Shown in pieces: positions 1-10,894 of a DNA stretch of 64,000 nucleotides. Position 1 is the first letter of the stretch; the number at the start of each line of letters is the position of its first letter. The position numbers were made by a program, and so were the translations under genes. The DNA comes from an uncultured Chloroflexia bacterium. GTDB taxonomy: Bacteria; Chloroflexota; Limnocylindria; Limnocylindrales; CSP1-4. The stretch spans positions 287,906-351,905 of the forward strand of contig CAVQQU010000006.1 in NCBI GenBank assembly GCA_963715085.1. Direction: 5' to 3'. A model generated the notes under the pieces. That model did no database searches and was not told the DNA's origin. It was given only the letters and a program-made list of their open reading frames with translations.

Positions 1-751
1 GCAGGACGAGGGGCTGCCCGCCGGAGGGCAGCTGGATGGCACCGGGCACGAGGGCATGGGAGACGATCTCGCGGCCGGCCGGCAGTGGCGTGCCCTCGAG
101 GCGCAGGCCCATCCGGTCGCTGGCCCGGCCGATCTGCCAGGTCGCGGCGGTGAACGCGTCGACGACATCGATATTCAGGTGACGCAGGTCGGGGCCCGGC
201 ACGAAGAGGATCGGTCCGGGAGCGGTCGCCGGGTGCGGCGGCGCCTCTGCCGGCCAGGACATCCCTGCGCCGGCCAGGTCACCTCGCCGCATGGGTGTCA
301 GGACGTCTCCGGCGCGCAGGGCCCGGCCGTCCACGCCGCCCAGTCCGGCGGTCGCGTAGGTCGAGGCAGATCCGAGGACGGGGTGCGCCACCAGGCCGCC
401 GGCCAGCCCCAGGTAGGTCCGGAGGCCGCGCTGCGACCCGGCCAGACGGAGCCGCGCGCCGGCGGGGATCCGGTGGGCGGCGCCGGCCGCCAGGGTGAGC
501 CCGTCGTCGCGCTCCGCCCCGAGGTCGGCGCCGCCGAGCGTTACGAGGCAGGTCTCGCGAACGAGGAGCTCCGCCCCGCCGAGCGTCGCTTCGACGACGG
601 CCGCGCTGGCAGGCGCGCCGGCGAGGAGGTTCGCCACGGCCAGGCCCCATGCGTCGGCCGCACCAGAGACCGGGATGCCGAGGTGCGCCCAGCCGGGGCG
701 CCCACGATCCTGGAGCGTGAGCAGGAATCCCGGATCAACGACTTCGAGCAC
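1..751 (-). CDS. pxpC: 5-oxoprolinase subunit C (PxpC/KipA, allophanate hydrolase subunit 2 family); 3' end lies outside the window
   Basis: Absent from the ORF track because it is open at the window edge. My reverse translation from GTG at 751 reads VLEVVDPGFLLTLQDRGRPGWAHLGIPVSGAADAWGLAVANLLAG...WQIGRASDRMGLRLEG...PGAIQLPSGGQPLVL with no stops. It starts 2 nt after the pxpB stop. Confidence 0.8.
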   Translation of the reverse strand, partial: MLEVVDPGFLLTLQDRGRPGWAHLGIPVSGAADAWGLAVANLLAGAPASAAVVEATLGGAELLVRETCLVTLGGADLGAERDDGLTLAAGAAHRIPAGARLRLAGSQRGLRTYLGLAGGLVAHPVLGSASTYATAGLGGVDGRALRAGDVLTPMRRGDLAGAGMSWPAEAPPHPATAPGPILFVPGPDLRHLNIDVVDAFTAATWQIGRASDRMGLRLEGTPLPAGREIVSHALVPGAIQLPSGGQPLVL

Positions 752-753
752 GT

Positions 754-1431
754 TCAGGCAGGGACGAACCGGACGCGGTCGCCCGGCGCGAGGAGTGCCG
801 GGGGGTCGCGTCGGGCATCCCAGACCGGCGCGTCGGTGCGGCCGAGGAGGTGCCAGCCGCCGGGGGTGGCGAATGGGTAGACGCCGGTCTGGCGCCCGGC
901 GATGGCGACGCTCCCGGCCGGGACCTGGATGCGAGGGGTCGCGCGACGGGGAAGGGCGAGCTCCTCCGGAAGCATCCCGAGGTACGGGAACCCGGGCACG
1001 AACCCGACCAGGTAGACCCGGTACTCGTGCCCGGAATGGAGAGCGACGACGTCCGCTTCGGAGCGCCCCGTCCGTTCCGCTACCTCGGCCAGGTCGGGCC
1101 CGTCGGGACCTCCGTAGCACACCGGGATCTCGACCAGTTGGCCCGGCGCTGCCGACGGGCCGTCGAGTGCGCGGCTGAGGGCGGTCCGGATCGTCGCGCG
1201 GGCAGCCGCCTCCGACATCACGCCGGGGTCGAACGGCAGGAGGACGCTCGCGTAGGCGGGCACGGGGGTCCCGAGGCCCCCGGCGGCGGCCGGCGCCGCG
1301 AGCTCCGCGACGACGCGGTGCACGAGGTCGTTGACGTCCGGCGCGACCTCGTCGCCGAGGGTCAGCAGGAGGGCGGCGTCGCCCATCCGGTCGATGCGCG
1401 GACGAGAGGCCAGCCCCGCTCCATCAGGCAT
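754..1431 (-). CDS. pxpB: 5-oxoprolinase subunit B (PxpB/KipI, allophanate hydrolase subunit 1 family)
   Basis: ORF 754..1473. Family-typical segments include [10 protein letters not shown] and [28 protein letters not shown] prefer the ATG at 1431 (MPDGAGL...[12 protein letters not shown]), which overlaps the pxpA stop by 8 nt. Confidence 0.85.
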   Translation of the reverse strand: MPDGAGLASRPRIDRMGDAALLLTLGDEVAPDVNDLVHRVVAELAAPAAAGGLGTPVPAYASVLLPFDPGVMSEAAARATIRTALSRALDGPSAAPGQLVEIPVCYGGPDGPDLAEVAERTGRSEADVVALHSGHEYRVYLVGFVPGFPYLGMLPEELALPRRATPRIQVPAGSVAIAGRQTGVYPFATPGGWHLLGRTDAPVWDARRDPPALLAPGDRVRFVPA

Positions 1432-2190
1432 CGGGCGCGCGGACTGCGATCCCGGCGTCCCGGAGGGCGTCACGGATCGCGCGGGCGATCGCCGGCGCGC
1501 TCCGGTGTGTCGCCGTGGATGCAGAGCGTGTCGGCCTCGACGGGCAGGCGGGACCCGTCGCTCGCGACGACGTGCCCGTCACGGACGATCCCGATCGCCT
1601 GGGCGGCGGCCACCGCCGGCTCGGCGTGGACCGCGCCCGGCCGCGACCTGGCGCGCAGGTGCCCATCGGCTTCGTAGACGCGGTCGGCGAACGCCTCGCT
1701 GATCGTGCGCAGGCCGAGGCTGGCGGCCGCGGCGAGGAGGGCGGAACCGACCCGGGCCCACGACCCGAAGGCGATCGTCGATCTGGGCAACGGCGCCCGC
1801 CACGGCCGCCGCGACAGCGGGGTCGGCGGCCGCACGGTGGTAGAGGGCCCCGTGCGGCTTCACGTGGGCCAGGCGCCCGCCCTCGGCCCGAACGATGCCG
1901 TCCACGGCGCCGACCTGGTACAGGACCGCGGCTTCCAGCTCCTCTGGGTCGAGGTCCATCGCCCGCCGGCCGAAGCCGACCAGGTCTGGATAGCCGGGGT
2001 GGGCGCCGACCACGGCCCCGGCGTCGAGCGCGAGCCGGACCGTTCGCCGGATCGTCAGGGGATCACCGGCATGGAAGCCGCAGGCCACGTTGACGGACGT
2101 GACGAGCCGCACGAGCGCCGCGTCTTCGCCCATCGGCCACGGGCCGAGGCTCTCGCCCACGTCGGCGTTCAGGTCGATGCGCGCTGCCAC
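1424..2190 (-). CDS. pxpA: 5-oxoprolinase subunit A (PxpA, LamB/YcsF family); about 2 frame changes
   Basis: N-terminus from ORF 1579..2190 ([18 protein letters not shown]...[10 protein letters not shown]...HVKPHGALY). The middle comes from ORF 1470..1835 ([16 protein letters not shown]...CIHGDTPE). The tail comes from ORF 1424..1666 ([17 protein letters not shown]). Confidence 0.8.
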
Positions 2191-2343
2191 GACGTCATCG
2201 TACCCGCCGTCGGGACGACGGGCCGCCCGTCCCCAGCCTCGGCTGCCCCGTCCGGGGATCCGGCAGGCGCGTGGCTGCGCAACAACCGCGGCGGCTGCCG
2301 GAGCGGGCCGGTAGGTCGCCGGTGGTCGCCCGGACCGCTGCCG

Positions 2344-2628
2344 TCAGCGCCCGGCGCGCTCCGCAGCGCGGAATTCGACCAGCGCCTTCCACTCGGGATA
2401 GGCGCGGCTGGCTGCCCAGTCGAGGCGCTCGTCCGCCCGGTACTCGATCAGGCTCCGCTGCTGGGCGCTCATCGAGGCCCCCTGGTCCGACACCAGGCCC
2501 GGGATCACGAGCATGGCGCCGATCGCCAGCAGCAGGATCACGGCCGCCGCCGCGATCCAGCCGAAGACGTTGTGATGGACCTGGGGCGAGACGACGCCGC
2601 CCGGATGCGCAGGCGTGTGGATCGTCAT
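2344..2628 (-). CDS. small single-pass membrane protein, function unknown
   Basis: Part of ORF 2344..2709. ATG at 2628 is preceded by GGGGAG. One hydrophobic span is present (FGWIAAAAVILLLAIGAMLVIPGLV). I recognise no family. Confidence 0.5.
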   Translation of the reverse strand: MTIHTPAHPGGVVSPQVHHNVFGWIAAAAVILLLAIGAMLVIPGLVSDQGASMSAQQRSLIEYRADERLDWAASRAYPEWKALVEFRAAERAGR

Positions 2629-2801
2629 GATGACGCTCCCCTTGTCGACACCTGCGGGCCGGGCTCGCCAGTGGCTCGACGTGAGCCCGGCGGCCGCCAT
2701 TAGGCTCACGCGTCATCGCCTCCCGCGTGACGCCGCGATCGTCGATCCGCGCCCTGGATTCGGCAAGTGCCCTTCGACCCCATCGGCGCTAGCATCGGCG
2801 C

Positions 2802-3690
2802 GTGGACCATCACGACGGCGACTATGCGCTGCTCGACGCTGGCGATCTCCGGCGCCTCGAGTGCTTCGGGACATACGTGGTCGATCGACCGGCGCCGGCC
2901 GCCCGCGAAGCCCGGCGGGGCCCGGCAGCAGCGTGGGCGGCCGCCGACGCGCGCTATGAACGCGATCCCGCCGCCCGCGGTGGCCGGTGGGAGCCCGACG
3001 GCGCGCTTCCCCCGACGCTGGACGGCCACGTTCGAGGGTCTGCCCATGGAGCTCCGTCCCACGCCGGCCGGCCAGGTCGGCCTCTTCCCGGAGCACGCAC
3101 CCGTGGCACGCTGGGCGGCCGGCGAAGCGGAGGCGATCCAGCACGCCCGCGGCCATCCCGCGACCGTGCTGAATCTCTTCGCCTACACGGGCCTGGCGAG
3201 CCTCGTCCTCGGGCGGGCGGGAGCCCGGGTCGTCCACGTCGACGCCTCGCGACCCGCCGTGGCGTGGGCTCGCCGGAACGCCGCTCTTGCCGGACTCGAC
3301 GATCGGCCGATCCGCTGGCTCGTCGACGACGCGACGCGGTTCGTGGCCCGCGAGGCACGGCGCGGACGGCTCTACGACGGCATCCTCCTGGACCCGCCGA
3401 CGTACGGTCACGGGCCGGGTGGGGGAGCGTGGCGCCTCGCCGACGACCTCGAGCCGCTCGTGCGGCAGGTCGCTTCGCTGCTGGCCCCGGAGCGGTGGTT
3501 CCTCGCCTGCACCGCGCATGCCACGGCGCTGGAGCCCGGGGACCTCGCGGGCATCGTCGGCGCCGCGCTGGGATGGGCCGCCGGAACGCCAAGGGTCATG
3601 GAGCTGGGCCTCGAGGCGGAGAGCGGCGTCCGGCTCGCGGCCGGCTGGGCCGCCCTGGCCACGTCTGGACGAGGGGAGGCGCACGCATGA
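2802..3690 (+). CDS. class I SAM-dependent (rRNA-type, RlmI/YwbD-like) methyltransferase; 1 frame change near 3005
   Basis: N-terminus from ORF 2802 (DYALLDAGDLRRLECFGTYVVDRP). The rest is from ORF 2767..3690 (VLNLFAYTGLASLVLGRAGARVVHVDAS...YDGILLDPPTYGHG). Confidence 0.65.
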
Positions 3691-4547
3691 CCCCGCGACC
3701 GAACGGTGCTGACGCTCATCACCAGCGCGGCCAACCCGCGAGTGCGCGCGGCGCTCGCGCTGCGCGAGCGGCGGGGTCGCGACGAAGCCGGTCGGTTGCT
3801 CGTCGACGGTACGCGCGAGGTCCGGCGCGCCCTCGAAGCCGGCCTTGTCGTGCGCGACGCGTTCGTGGTGGATGGCGCACCGCTCGCACGAGGCGGCCGC
3901 GATCCTGGAGTGGCTGGCCGCCCTCGGCGTTCCGCGGGTCGCCGTGGCCGGCTCCGCGTGGTCGCGGCTCGCCTACGGGGAGCGCGGGCAGCGAGATCGT
4001 CGCGATCGTCGACGCGCCGCCGACCGACCTCGCCCGCCTCGACCCGATCCTGGCCGCCCGCGCGGACCCGCTGCTCATCGTGGTCGAGGACGCGGAGAAG
4101 CCGGGCAACCTCGGCGCCATCGCCCGGAGCGCGGACGGCGCCGGCGCGACGGCGCTCCTGGTGGCTGTTCACGAAGGATCGCCCGCGGATCCCTGGAACC
4201 CGAACGCCGTGCGGGCGAGCCTCGGCACCGTGTTCAGCCTGCCGATCGCGGTTGCCCCGACGGGGACGCTCCGGCCCTGGCTGCGGGAGCGCGCGATCCG
4301 CGTGGTGGCAGCCCGGGTGCAGGCAGCAACGGACTACCGCGCAGGTGGACCTGCGAGGCCCCGTCGCCATCGTCGTCGGCAGCGAGGCGATTGGCCTGAG
4401 CGCCGGACTGGCTTGCCGACGATGATCGAGGGCGTCCGCCTGCCGATGCTGGGCCGAGCCGACTCGCTGAACGTCTCCGCGGCTGCCGCCGTCCTTCTCT
4501 ACGAAGCCCGTCGTCAGCGTGACGGCGTCGGTCCGGCGGAACCCTAA
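3687..4547 (+). CDS. TrmH/SpoU-family RNA 2'-O-methyltransferase; at least 4 frame changes
   Basis: Pieces lie in three frames. They include LTLITSAANPRVRAALALRERRGRDEAGRLLVDGTREV, LLIVVEDAEKPGNLGAIARSADGAGATALLV, VDLRGPVAIVVGSEAIGLS and RLPMLGRADSLNVSAAAAVLLYEA. ATG 3687 overlaps the upstream stop (ATGA). GTG 3706 is an alternative start. Confidence 0.7.
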   Translation: MTPRPNGADAHHQRGQPASARGARAARAAGSRRSRSVARRRYARGPARPRSRPCRARRVRGGWRTARTRRPRSWSGWPPSAFRGSPWPAPRGRGSPTGSAGSEIVAIVDAPPTDLARLDPILAARADPLLIVVEDAEKPGNLGAIARSADGAGATALLVAVHEGSPADPWNPNAVRASLGTVFSLPIAVAPTGTLRPWLRERAIRVVAARVQAATDYRAGGPARPRRHRRRQRGDWPERRTGLPTMIEGVRLPMLGRADSLNVSAAAAVLLYEARRQRDGVGPAEP

Positions 4548-4698
4548 CGGAACCGGCGGCGTCTCGTTCTCCATGTCAGAGGCCTTTCGCGCACGACATC
4601 GTTCCCCCGGCGGTGTGATCACGCGAAGGCCTCCTTCCGTGCCCGGTGGCCGGGGCGCCCGCATGGGCTCCGCTGCAGACCCGACCTATACTCCGAGC

Positions 4699-6305
4699 AT
4701 GATCCCCCGCGCTACGCTGGCGCCCCTCCGCGCGCTCGACTCGAGGCGCGCCGGCCGTGGCCGCGCTCGTGGCCGTCGTGCTCGCGACGACCACGTTCGT
4801 CGCGGCACCGGCACGGGCGACGCCGGGAGCGGTCCGGGTCCTGATGGGCGAGCCGGCGACCCTCGATCCGGCGGCGGCCGGCGATGCCGGGAGCGCCGCC
4901 TTCATCGCCCAGCTGTTCGAGGGCCTCACCGCGATCGACCCGACGCGGACGCCCCGCCCGGCCCTCGCCGAGCGCTGGGAGCTTCGCGACGGCGGACGGA
5001 CGGTCGTCTTCACCCTGCGGCCGGACCTCCAGTTCTCCGACGGCACGGCGCTCACCGCCGACGACGTGCGCCGCAGCTGGCTCCGTGTCATCGACCCACG
5101 GAGGCCGTCTCCGCTGGCGTCGCTGCTCTACGACGTGGAGGGAGCCCGCGACTACGCGGCCGGAACAGCGGGCGCCGACGAGGTCGGGATCATCGCCGCC
5201 GGGTCCACGGTGGAGGTCCGCCTGACACGCCCTGCCGGTGACTTCCCCGCGATCGCCGCCAGCCCGTCGCTGGCCGTTGTCCCGACCTCCGTCGGCCGCG
5301 ACCCGTCCGCCCTGGAGCCCGGCCCAGGATTCGTCGGTTCGGGCGGCTACCTGCTCAGCGCCGCCGTGCCGGACGGCTACACGCTTCTCGCCAACGCCCG
5401 CTACTGGGCCGGGCCGCCCGCGATCGACGAGGTCACGGCCGTCTCCGACATCGGCGGCCGCAGCACGGTCGACGTCTTTGCGGCGGGCGAGCTGGACTGG
5501 GCGCCGGTCGGCGAGTCCGACGCGGCGTGGCTCGCCTACGATCCCGACCTCGGGTCCAGCCTGCGCCGGTGGTCCGACCTCACGGTCACCTACTACGGCT
5601 TCGAGACGCAGCGGCCCCCCTTCGACGACGCGCGCGTGCGGCGGGCCTTCGCGACGGGCGTGGACTGGCGGCGGATCGTCGAGCTCGCCGACGGCACCGC
5701 GGCGCTCCCGGCCACCTCGATGGTCCCGCCCGGGATCCCCGGCCGGAGCGACGCGTCGTTCGTCCCGGCCTACGATCCGGCCGAGGCCCGCCGGCTGCTC
5801 GCGGAGGCGGGGTATGCAGACCCGGCGACCTTCCCGGACGTGACCCTCGTCACCGCCGGCGCCGGCTACGACGAGGCGATTCTCGACCCAGCTCCAGGAG
5901 AACCTCGGGATCACGGTGCGCTTCGAGGCCCTGGACTTCGGGACGCTCTTCGAGCGCCTCGGCACCCAGGACTCGCCGGACCTGTGGGCTCTCTCGTGGA
6001 TTGCCGACTACCCGTCGCCGAACGACTTCCTGGGCATCCTGCTCGGGACCGGCCAGCCGAACAACTACGGGAGCTGGTCGAATGCCGCGTTCGATGCCGC
6101 GATTGCGGCGGCGGTCGGCACCGACGATCCAGAGGCAGCGCGTGCCGGATACGACGCGGCCGAGTCGATCCTGCGCGACGAGGTGCCGACGATCCCGGTG
6201 ACATACGCGGCGTCGGCAGCGCTCGCCCGCGAGGGACTCCTCGGCGCCGCTCCGAACGGTCTCGGCGTCCTGCGCCTCGCTGGCCTTGCCTGGGCCGGAC
6301 AGTGA
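4699..6305 (+). CDS. ABC transporter substrate-binding protein, family 5 (peptide/nickel type); frame changes near 4750 and 5890
   Basis: ORF 4757..6724 supplies the N-terminal 370 aa (LFEGLTAIDP...FTLRPDLQFSDGTALTADDV). ORF 5916..6305 supplies the C-terminus (WIADYPSPNDFLGILL). It has a signal-peptide-like N-terminus. The 4699 start is inferred from TATACT-N6-ATG. Confidence 0.75.
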
Positions 6306-7709
6306 GGAGAGCGCTCTTCGCCGTCGTCGTCGCCCCCCTCGTGGCGTTCTTGATGACGGCGCCCGCGAGTGCCGCTTCGGCAACGTTCGGCCAGCCGAGC
6401 GCGACCTCGTCCTTCGGCGAGGAGATCGTCTTCAGGCAGGAGTTCGCCAGCCGATGTGCCCCTGGCGCGCGTGGAGATCCTCCTCGAGCACCCCGGAAGC
6501 ATCGGGCCGTCCGTCACGCAAGTCGAGGGGGCCACAGCCGGCGGCAGTCGCACGCTGGTCTATCGGCTGAACCTCTCCGACGGCGGCCACGTCTATCCGA
6601 ACTCGCCGATCACCGCCCGGTGGCGCCTGGTGCCCGCCGACCGCACGATCGAGCCGACGGTCGGCCCGCCGGTCACCGTCACGTATGCCGACACGCGCTT
6701 CGCCTGGAAGACGCTCGTGGGTGACATCGTGCGGGTCCACTGGTACGAGGGCTCGAACGCCTTCGGCCGGCGGGCGCTGGCAATCGGCGACAAGGCGGTT
6801 CGAGAAGCCTCCGCATTCCTTGGGGTGACCGAGACCGAGCCCATCGACTTCTACATCTACGCGGATGAGCCGTCCTTCTACGACGCCGTCGGGCCGTCCA
6901 CCCGCGAGAACGTCGTGGGGACGGCGATCTCGGAGATCCGGACGATGTTCGGGCTCATCCCGCCCAACGAGGTCGCCACGGTCGAGGTCACCCGAACCGT
7001 GCCCCACGAGCTGACCCACCTCGTCTTCGACACGGCGGTCCGCAACCCGTACCACTACCCGCCGCGCTGGCTCAACGAGGGCGTGGCGACCTATCTCACC
7101 GAGGGCCTCTCGCCCTGGCTTCGGGCCTCCGTCGAGGCTGCGGCCGACGCGGGGCGCCTGATGCCGCTGACGGCGCTCTCGGTCCAGTTCCCCTCGACGT
7201 ATGAGCGCTTCACCCTCGCCTATGCGGAGAGCACCTCGGCGGTCGACTACCTCGTGCGCGAGCAGGGAACGGACGCGCTCGTGGGCCTCGTCAACAGCTA
7301 TGCCGGCGGCGTCACGGATGACGAGGCGTTCACGGCGGCAGTCGGGACCGATGTCGCGGGATTCGAGACCGCCTGGCTCGAGAGCCTCGGTGCCGATGCA
7401 CCGACCCAGCTCGGCCCGCAACCTGCCCCGCCCGGCCCGCTGCCGTCGGGATGGGAGGCGGCTCCGAGCGCGACCCCGGGAGCCAGCACGCCGGTGCCGG
7501 GAGCGTCCGGGACCCCGGGCGCGTCCGATGAGCCGAGCGCCTCTCCGGCCCCCGGCGCCGGGGGCCTCGACGACGACGACGACGGGTCGCCGCTCCGTGA
7601 CGGCCGGGTTCTGCTTGTGGCCGCGCTGGCTGGCCTTGTCGTGGGGGGCGGGATGGCGTACCTTCGCCGCCGCCGCGCCCCGACGGCCGGCAGGGAACTG
7701 ACACCGTGA
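6302..7709 (+). CDS. membrane-anchored zinc metallopeptidase (MA clan, HExxH), secreted domain plus C-terminal TM anchor; 1 frame change near 6450
   Basis: HELTH lies at 7005-7019, followed by WLNEGVATYL (gluzincin-type third ligand). It has a signal-like N-terminus (VRRALFAVVVAPLVAFLMTAPASA), a P/A/S/G-rich linker and a terminal hydrophobic span (VLLVAALAGLVVGGGMAYL). GTG 6302 overlaps the SBP stop (GTGA). Confidence 0.65.
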
Positions 7710-8471
7710 CATCGCTGGGCTCCCGCCTCCGCTCCATCCCGACGTGGCAGGTCACACTGTTCGGGGCGCTGGTCGTCCTCGGCTTCCTCATCGCCGTCCA
7801 GGTGCGCGCCGAGGCCCCGCGGGTCCGGTACACGACCCAGGAGCGCGCGCCGCTCGTGGAGACCGTGGTTGCCCTGCAGGCCCAGCAGGAGGCGCTCAAG
7901 GACCGGATCCTCGACCTCCGCGCGAGGGTGACGTCGGCCGAGCAGGGTGCCGCCGGCAGCGGAGCCCTGGTGAGCGACCTCAACGACGCGCTCAGAACCG
8001 CTCGCATCGCCGCCGGCCTCGTCGCGCTGGAGGGCCCCGGGATCGTCCTCCAGCTCGAGGACTCGCAGGTGCCCGTTCCGCCGGGCGGGTCCGTCGCCGA
8101 CTACCGGGTCGGCGCACTGGATCTGCGGCGGGTCGTCGAGGAGCTCTGGCTGGCCGGCGCCGAGGCAGTGTCCGTGAATGGCGAGCGGGTCGTGCCGACG
8201 ACGGCCTTCGTCGACATCGGCGGAACGCTGCTGGTCAACTCCGCCTATCTCGCGCCGCCGTACCAGGTCGCCGCCATCGGGCCGCTGGACCTGTACGAGG
8301 TGCTGGTGACTGCCCCCCGGTTCGTGGAGCTGGTCCAGGCGCGCGCGGACCAGTACGGCATCCGGATCTCCTTCGCAGAGCCGGACCGGGTGACCGTGCC
8401 GGCCTACGCCGGTACAGTCACGCTCCGCTATGCGCGTCCGCCGGCGCCCGCCCAGCACGCCGGTGCCCTGA
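7706..8471 (+). CDS. DUF881 domain membrane protein; 3' end uncertain
   Basis: First half of ORF 7706..9220. It has an N-terminal TM span, a coiled segment, and GPGIVLQLED...LWLAGAEAVSVNGERVV...YLAPPYQVAAIGP. There is no in-frame stop before the next DUF881. An out-of-frame TGA at 8469-8471 lies just before the next ATG. Confidence 0.6.
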
Positions 8472-8473
8472 CG

Positions 8474-9149
8474 ATGCGCCGCCGAGGAAGCCAGGTCGCC
8501 CTCACCGCCATCGCCCTCCTGCTGGGGCTGCTGGTCGTGGTCCAGCTCCGCGCCCAGCAGGCTGGGACGGGGCTGGAGACCCAGTCGTCGCAGGACCTGA
8601 CGCTCCTGATCGCGAACCTGACCACCCGCAACGACCAGCTGCGCGGCGAGGTCGCCGACATCCAGCGCCAGCTGGAGACGATCTCGGCCGCCAACGCCCG
8701 CGGCGAGACGTCGGTCGGCCAGCTGCGCAGCGAGCTCGAGCGGGCGCGTATCTGGTCCGGCGAGGACCCGGCAGCGGGGCCCGGGCGTCCGGATCGTCCT
8801 CTACGGTGGCGTCCCGGCGGAGGCGGTCTCCGACCTCGTGAACGAGCTGCGGAACGGCGGGGCGGAGGCGATCTCGATCGGCGGAGTACGCGTGGTCGGG
8901 CCGACGGTGGTCGCGGGGACGGTGGGCTCGCTCTCGCTCGAGAGCACAGAGCTCGGGCCGAGGGTCGAGGTCCTCGCGATCGGGAACCCCGCTGCGCTCA
9001 CGGGTGGGCTCACGCGCGCGGGCGGGCTCGCGGCCCAGCTGCAGGCCCGCTATGCGGAGGTGGAGGTGGAGGTGACGCCTCTCGACGAAGTCAGCGTGCC
9101 GGCGGCGGATCGCTCGCTCGGCCCGGTCCTGGGGCTGCCGCGGCCCTGA
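8474..9149 (+). CDS. DUF881 domain membrane protein; 1 frame change near 8780
   Basis: MRRRGSQVALTAIALLLGLLVVVQLRAQ... continues in ORF 8838..9149 (NELRNGGAEAISIGGVRVVGPTVV...LAIGNPAALTGGL). Confidence 0.65.
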
Positions 9150-9201
9150 CGCTGGCCCGACTCGCGGCGCGGCCCCGGATGCTACCCTCGCATTCGATGC
9201 A

Positions 9202-9430
9202 GTGCCGCGATCGCTCGTGACCCAGCCCATCTCGTTCCGGATCGGCGACCGCCTGGAGCTCCGTCGCCGGCACCCGTGCGGCGGCGCCTCGTGGGACGTC
9301 GACCGGCTCGGTGCCGACATCGGCCTGCGATGCGTCACGTGCGGTCGCCATCGTGCTGCTCGAGCGACGCGCCGTGGAGCGGCGCCTGGTCGGCTTCGTC
9401 GCCCGGGGACCAGAGGTGGCGGTCGGATGA
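9202..9430 (+). CDS. DUF951 family small protein; 1 frame change near 9350
   Basis: FRIGDRLELRRRHPCGGASWDVDRLGADIGLRCVTCGRH, then VLLERRAVERRLVGFV in the adjacent frame. The stop overlaps the MFS ATG (ATGA at 9427-9430). Confidence 0.6.
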
Positions 9431-10894
9431 GCATGAGCGAGCTCTCTGTCACGACGCCCGAGCCGAGCAGCATCGCGGTCTTCCGCAATCGGCCGTTCCT
9501 GCTGCTCTGGCTCTCGCAGCTGGCCACCCAGGTCGGCGGGAACATGGTCCTCTACGGGCTGACGGTCCTCGTCCGCGACCTGACCTCCTCGAACAGTGCC
9601 GTCTCCATCCTCATCCTGACCTTCCTGGCCCCGGCCGTGATCTTCAGCGCGATCGCCGGCGTCTACGTCGACCGCTACGACCGGCGCAAGGTTCTCATCG
9701 TCACCAACCTGCTGCGGGCCGCCCTCTTCATCGGGCTCGCCCTGCTCGACGCCAACATCGCGGCCGTGTTCGTCCTGAACATGCTCGTCTCGATCGTGAC
9801 GACGTTCTTCGCACCGGCCGAGCTCTCGATGATCCCCATCGTCGTCCCGCCCAGCCAGCTCACGGCAGCCAACGGCATCTTCACGCTGACCCTCAACGCC
9901 GCGTTCGCGATCGGCTTCACGGTGCTGGGTCCGCTCGTGGTGACGATCGCCAACCCCACCGTCCTCATCGTGTTCGTTGCGATCCTCTACCTCGTCGCAG
10001 GCGCGTTCTGCTGGACGCTCCCGCCAGCGCCACCCGGCACGATGCCGCACGGCTCCACGATCCACGAGACGGAGGAGGCCGTCGGCTCGTTCGTGGAGCA
10101 GTTCCGCGAAGGGATCAGGTACGTCCGGGAACACCCGGTCGTGCGCTGGTCGCTCCTCTATCTCGGGATCGCCGCGTCGATCGTCGGCGTCCTCGGCGTC
10201 CTGGGACCCGCGTTCGCGGAGGACGTGCTGGGTCTCCGCACCAAGGACTTCGTCATCGTCGTGCTGCCGCTCGGGATCGGCGTCGTCGTCGGCGTGGTCG
10301 CGGTCAACATCCTCCAGCCGCTCGTGTCCCGCCGTCGCCTCATCGAGTCCGGGATGCTGGTCCTGGGCACGAGCCTGGCCGCGATCACGATCGCCGGACC
10401 GATCGCCCAGTTCCTGCGCGACGTCGACGACCGGGTCCCCGGGCCCGACCTTTCGGCCTACATCAGCGTGCTGACGATCGTCGTCGTCATTGCCTTCGTC
10501 GCCGGCATCGGGTACGCGTTCACGGCGATCCCCGCCCAGACCGAGCTCCAGTCGGAGATCCCGCAGGCGGTTCGCGGACGCGTGTTCGGCATCCTGAACA
10601 TGCTCGTCTCGGTGGCCAGCCTTCTGCCGATCATCATCGTGGGGCCGATCTCCGACGCCTTCGGGACGATGCCGGTCGTCCTGGTCGCGGCCGGCGTCAT
10701 CGTCCTCGTCGGGATCGTGTCGCTCGTGGCGCGCGGTCGCGTCGCGATGGCCGAGGCTGACGCCGACGCGGCCGCCGACGCCGACGGTGAGCCGGGTGGG
10801 CCCCGGGGATGGCGCGTCGTGCCGGACGAGGCCGAGGCCCCGGCCGACCAGGGTGGATGCCGCGGCCGCCGGCCCCTCGCCCGAGGAGCCGTGA
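9427..10894 (+). CDS. MFS transporter; 3' end inferred
   Basis: About 460 aa uninterrupted within ORF 9202..11214, with roughly 12 hydrophobic spans (for example FLLLWLSQLATQVGGNMVLYGL and GIFTLTLNAAFAIGFTVLGPLVV). The end is placed at the TGA overlapping the asparaginase GTG (GTGA 10891-10894). This requires a late frame change. Confidence 0.7.

Noticed and set aside
2802-4547. 581-aa ORF that looks like a single large protein.
   Set aside because: It is a frame chimera. Only its first 70 or so residues (methyltransferase N-terminus) and its last 180 or so residues (SpoU methylase core) are real coding sequence. The middle is out-of-frame read-through of two adjacent genes.
7706-9220. 504-aa ORF read as one protein.
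   Set aside because: It contains two complete DUF881 units, each with its own N-terminal TM segment. The C-terminal 120 aa of the ORF are out of frame.
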